Source of the DNA: Gammaproteobacteria bacterium
GTDB lineage: Bacteria > Pseudomonadota > Gammaproteobacteria > Arenicellales > DRJH01
Direction: 5' to 3'
NCBI GenBank assembly: GCA_011052285.1
Contig: DRJH01000455.1
Coordinates: forward strand, 1 to 29,310
DNA length: 29,310 nucleotides
Positions 26,856-29,310 of the stretch are shown one piece after another; positions within the stretch are counted from its first letter, which is position 1; each line of letters begins with the position of its first letter. The notes under the pieces were generated by a model. It did not search any database. It had not been told where the DNA came from and was given only the letters and a program-made list of their open reading frames with translations. The position numbers were made by a program, and so were the translations under genes.

Positions 26856-26907
26856 TTGACAAAATAACTAAAAGTGGCTGTATAATATCTAAAATATATT
26901 CAGGAGG
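26856..26907 (+). promoter_or_regulatory. Sigma70-like promoter (19-nt spacer) and SD for the solute-binding protein gene
   Basis: TTGACA 26856-26861, TATAAT 26881-26886, AGGAGG 26902-26907. Confidence 0.65.
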
Positions 26908-26912
26908 GTTAA

Positions 26913-27701
26913 ATGTTTAAAATAGGAAAAATACTTCTCGCAGTTATTCTGTCATCATTTGCCGCACAAGGCTTTGCGAAGGACTACAGAATCAGTGTCG
27001 CTAAACTTCCTTTGTATTCTGAAAGCCCAACCAAAGGGATATTGATCGACGTTCTGAAAGCTATGGGTAAAGAATATCAGGGTGGAAAATTCATTATCGA
27101 AGTCTATCCATTTGAACGCTCAATCAATAACGTCATAAATGGTCAAGCAGATCTTCATTTTCCAACAATAGGTCCTACCATTTGGGGTCGAGAGAATGAT
27201 CGTTACGAAAAGAAACTCAATAAAATGGGACTGCGGCGTTCCACTTCCAGTCTAACAAAAACACATTTTGCGCTTTACAGCAATAGTGACAAACCTCCAA
27301 TTGACCTGACCAGGCTAGAAACCTACAGAATTGAGACTGATCTTGGCCATACGACATTTTTTTACCCGGGAATTCAGGGTACCACATGCCTGCCCTGTAG
27401 CGTTAAAAAACTAAGTGCAGGCCGTATAGATGGCCTAATATTTGCCGCCAGGGAGATTGATTTTTTTATCAAGAAAGCAGGTATCACCAATATCAGACGA
27501 CAAAACTATCGGATCTTTGGTTCAAAATTTATCTTGCCTATCGGTAAAAAGGGTGATGAAATTGACCAACTGCTCTCAAAATTAATCATCAAAATGATCA
27601 AAGACGGCAGCCTCGCTAGAGCTGCTGCTCCGTACCTTGGCTATTTCAAAAAAGAATTTGGCGGGCTATATATACCTCAGTTAAGTGATATTCCTAATTA
27701 A
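26913..27701 (+). CDS. Periplasmic solute-binding protein, family 3-like
   Basis: Signal peptide ending GFA; LP.YS...GILIDVL, YPFERSI..V..G.AD.., L.AGRID pattern of amino-acid-type binding proteins. Confidence 0.75.
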   Translation: MFKIGKILLAVILSSFAAQGFAKDYRISVAKLPLYSESPTKGILIDVLKAMGKEYQGGKFIIEVYPFERSINNVINGQADLHFPTIGPTIWGRENDRYEKKLNKMGLRRSTSSLTKTHFALYSNSDKPPIDLTRLETYRIETDLGHTTFFYPGIQGTTCLPCSVKKLSAGRIDGLIFAAREIDFFIKKAGITNIRRQNYRIFGSKFILPIGKKGDEIDQLLSKLIIKMIKDGSLARAAAPYLGYFKKEFGGLYIPQLSDIPN

Positions 27702-27743
27702 TTCATTGTGATATTATAATTTGTCATTTGGACAATAAAGCTC

Positions 27744-29087
27744 TTGCGAATTCCCAACCGCACAGAGACACCGATTGCCTACAAGCTATTGCTACTTATC
27801 CTGGTGAGTAGCTCTCTGGTTACACTGTTGATTACATCGATACAACTGGTCTTTGATTATCAAGCAGATATTGGAGAAATAAACAGCCGACTGCATGATA
27901 TTAAAATAAGTTATATGGAATCTATAGCCCAAAGTGTCTGGAACTTTAATAAAAAACAATATGATATTCAATTGCGTGGCATTCTAAATCTTAAAGATGT
28001 TGTCTATACCGAAATCCGTGATCCAAATGGCAAGATTATTGCGTTCCAAGGTAAGAATACATCCTCACAAATTATAAAAAAGACATTTGTATTACAAACA
28101 ACAGACTTTGGGAAAAGTGTTTCTCCAGGGGTTCTTGTTGTTGTTGCTTCACTAGCCCGCGTGTACCGACATCTACTACACAAGACCTTATTAATCTTAA
28201 TAAGCCAGGGTATAAAAACACTATTAATCTCTTCGGTTATTATTTTGGCATTTTATACACTGGTGACAAAACATTTATGGAAAATTTCCGAGTTCACAAA
28301 AACTTTTGATCTAAATTCCAATGATTATTTGGCCCTCAATAAATTAACCGGCGATAGCCCTGATGAGCTGGATTTGGTCGTTAATGCACTTAACGAAATG
28401 AAAACAAATTTATCTAAACAACAAAAACAAATTAATGATCTCAATAAAGACCTTGAAATTAAAGTTACAGAACGTACTGCTGAGCTTGAAAAATCCAACC
28501 AGCTACTAGTAAAGAAGAACCTGGAGCTTAACAACAAAGAATCACTCTTGTTAAAACAACAAGAGGAACTTGTTTTACTAGCCACTCATGACCCTCTTAC
28601 CTCACTTTATAATCGTCGAAAACTACAACAAGATCTTGAAAAACTATGGAGAGTAGCCTACCGCGAGCATTCCTTACTTGCCGTAGCGATGTTGGATATC
28701 GATCATTTCAAAACGTACAATGATCACTACGGTCATACTCTTGGTGACCAGGCATTGGTCAAAATTGCTCGAGCATGCTCTAAATCCCTACTAAGGCCTT
28801 TCGACTGCATCTACCGATATGGTGGGGAAGAATTTATTATTCTTCTTCCACAAATAGATATGACCGGAGCCAGATATGTTATATCAAGGATATTTCAGTC
28901 CCTGGAACGTCTTCGGCTCCCACATGAATATTCTGCAACTGCGGACCACATCACGGTCTCAATTGGCTGTGTTCTTGGCATTCCCAGCGAATCCAATAGC
29001 ATTGATACGTTTATTAATCGCTCTGATCAACTACTCTACAAAGCCAAGTCAGCCGGCAGAAATCAGGCTGCATGGGCATCCATTTAA
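27744..29087 (+). CDS. Membrane diguanylate cyclase: TM - periplasmic CHASE-type sensor - TM - HAMP/coiled coil - GGDEF
   Basis: HDPLTSLYNRR, DIDHFK.YND.YGH..GD, RYGGEEF with intact RxxD I-site (RPFD); sensor with 'S..QSVWN....L.G' (CHASE5-like); DELDLVVNALNEM HAMP. The TTG start is uncertain. Confidence 0.88.
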   Translation: MRIPNRTETPIAYKLLLLILVSSSLVTLLITSIQLVFDYQADIGEINSRLHDIKISYMESIAQSVWNFNKKQYDIQLRGILNLKDVVYTEIRDPNGKIIAFQGKNTSSQIIKKTFVLQTTDFGKSVSPGVLVVVASLARVYRHLLHKTLLILISQGIKTLLISSVIILAFYTLVTKHLWKISEFTKTFDLNSNDYLALNKLTGDSPDELDLVVNALNEMKTNLSKQQKQINDLNKDLEIKVTERTAELEKSNQLLVKKNLELNNKESLLLKQQEELVLLATHDPLTSLYNRRKLQQDLEKLWRVAYREHSLLAVAMLDIDHFKTYNDHYGHTLGDQALVKIARACSKSLLRPFDCIYRYGGEEFIILLPQIDMTGARYVISRIFQSLERLRLPHEYSATADHITVSIGCVLGIPSESNSIDTFINRSDQLLYKAKSAGRNQAAWASI

Positions 29088-29092
29088 CGCAC

Positions 29093-29310
29093 CTATATTT
29101 GAGAACGGTGTCCAATCAGTGCCAACTGACGACCGCTAGCGGCTTGTCGCTGTCGGCTTGCATAGCGATGGCTGAAATAATCGTTGTGCGCTTGATAACT
29201 ATCCACGGCGATTCGGTCCACAGTGACATGCAACGCTTCCAGCTGTGCTTGCAACAGCGCGGATAAATCAAACAAGAAGAACCCGGTTCGCAGTGAAGGA
29301 GTGAAAAATA
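29093..29310 (-). CDS. pgeF: C-terminus of PgeF/YfiH (laccase-domain / purine nucleoside phosphorylase) protein, partial
   Basis: The frame is open to the window edge: FFTPSLRTGFFLFDLSALLQAQL...SY...DYFSHR......GRQLALI, matching the YfiH C-terminal 'DL....L ... FFS.R ... GR' pattern. Confidence 0.7.
   Translation of the reverse strand, partial: FFTPSLRTGFFLFDLSALLQAQLEALHVTVDRIAVDSYQAHNDYFSHRYASRQRQAASGRQLALIGHRSQI

Noticed and set aside
26690-29100. Mobile element or integrase-type island boundaries around the AT-rich cassette
   Set aside because: No transposase, integrase, tRNA target, terminal inverted repeats or target-site duplication could be seen; only the composition shift is supported.
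1-29310. tRNA, rRNA, cas1/cas2 or CRISPR array
   Set aside because: No cloverleaf/T-loop signatures, rRNA-like sequence, adaptation genes or regularly spaced repeats found by eye; a tRNAscan/CRISPR-finder run would confirm.

Overview
Gammaproteobacterial-type chromosomal window, probably from a sulfur-oxidising autotroph (CbbR-type LysR regulator, PEP carboxylase, Alvin_2107-like protein). The left edge holds the 5' end of a type III-B CRISPR-Cas operon on the minus strand: a decayed NE0113/Csx14-like fragment, then cas6, then cmr1. cmr1 runs off the window and is missing from the ORF track. This operon is divergent from cbbR, the position normally held by RuBisCO cbbL/cbbM. Next is a minus-strand block (ppc, small secreted protein, MFS transporter, DedA/TVP38, class III aminotransferase) and a plus-strand block (glutaredoxin, msrA, ZapG/YhcB, endonuclease I, truncated citE-like gene). 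These are followed by the Alvin_2107-like gene, a ~1120-aa secreted multi-CARDB protein, a complete dppABCDF operon, prc, avtA, a GT2 plus lipid-A-biosynthesis-N-terminal-domain pair, an AT-rich cassette (orphan solute-binding protein plus CHASE-type GGDEF cyclase) and the 3' end of pgeF/yfiH. I found no CRISPR array, tRNA, rRNA or transposase. Family assignments come from motif recognition only; no database search was run.
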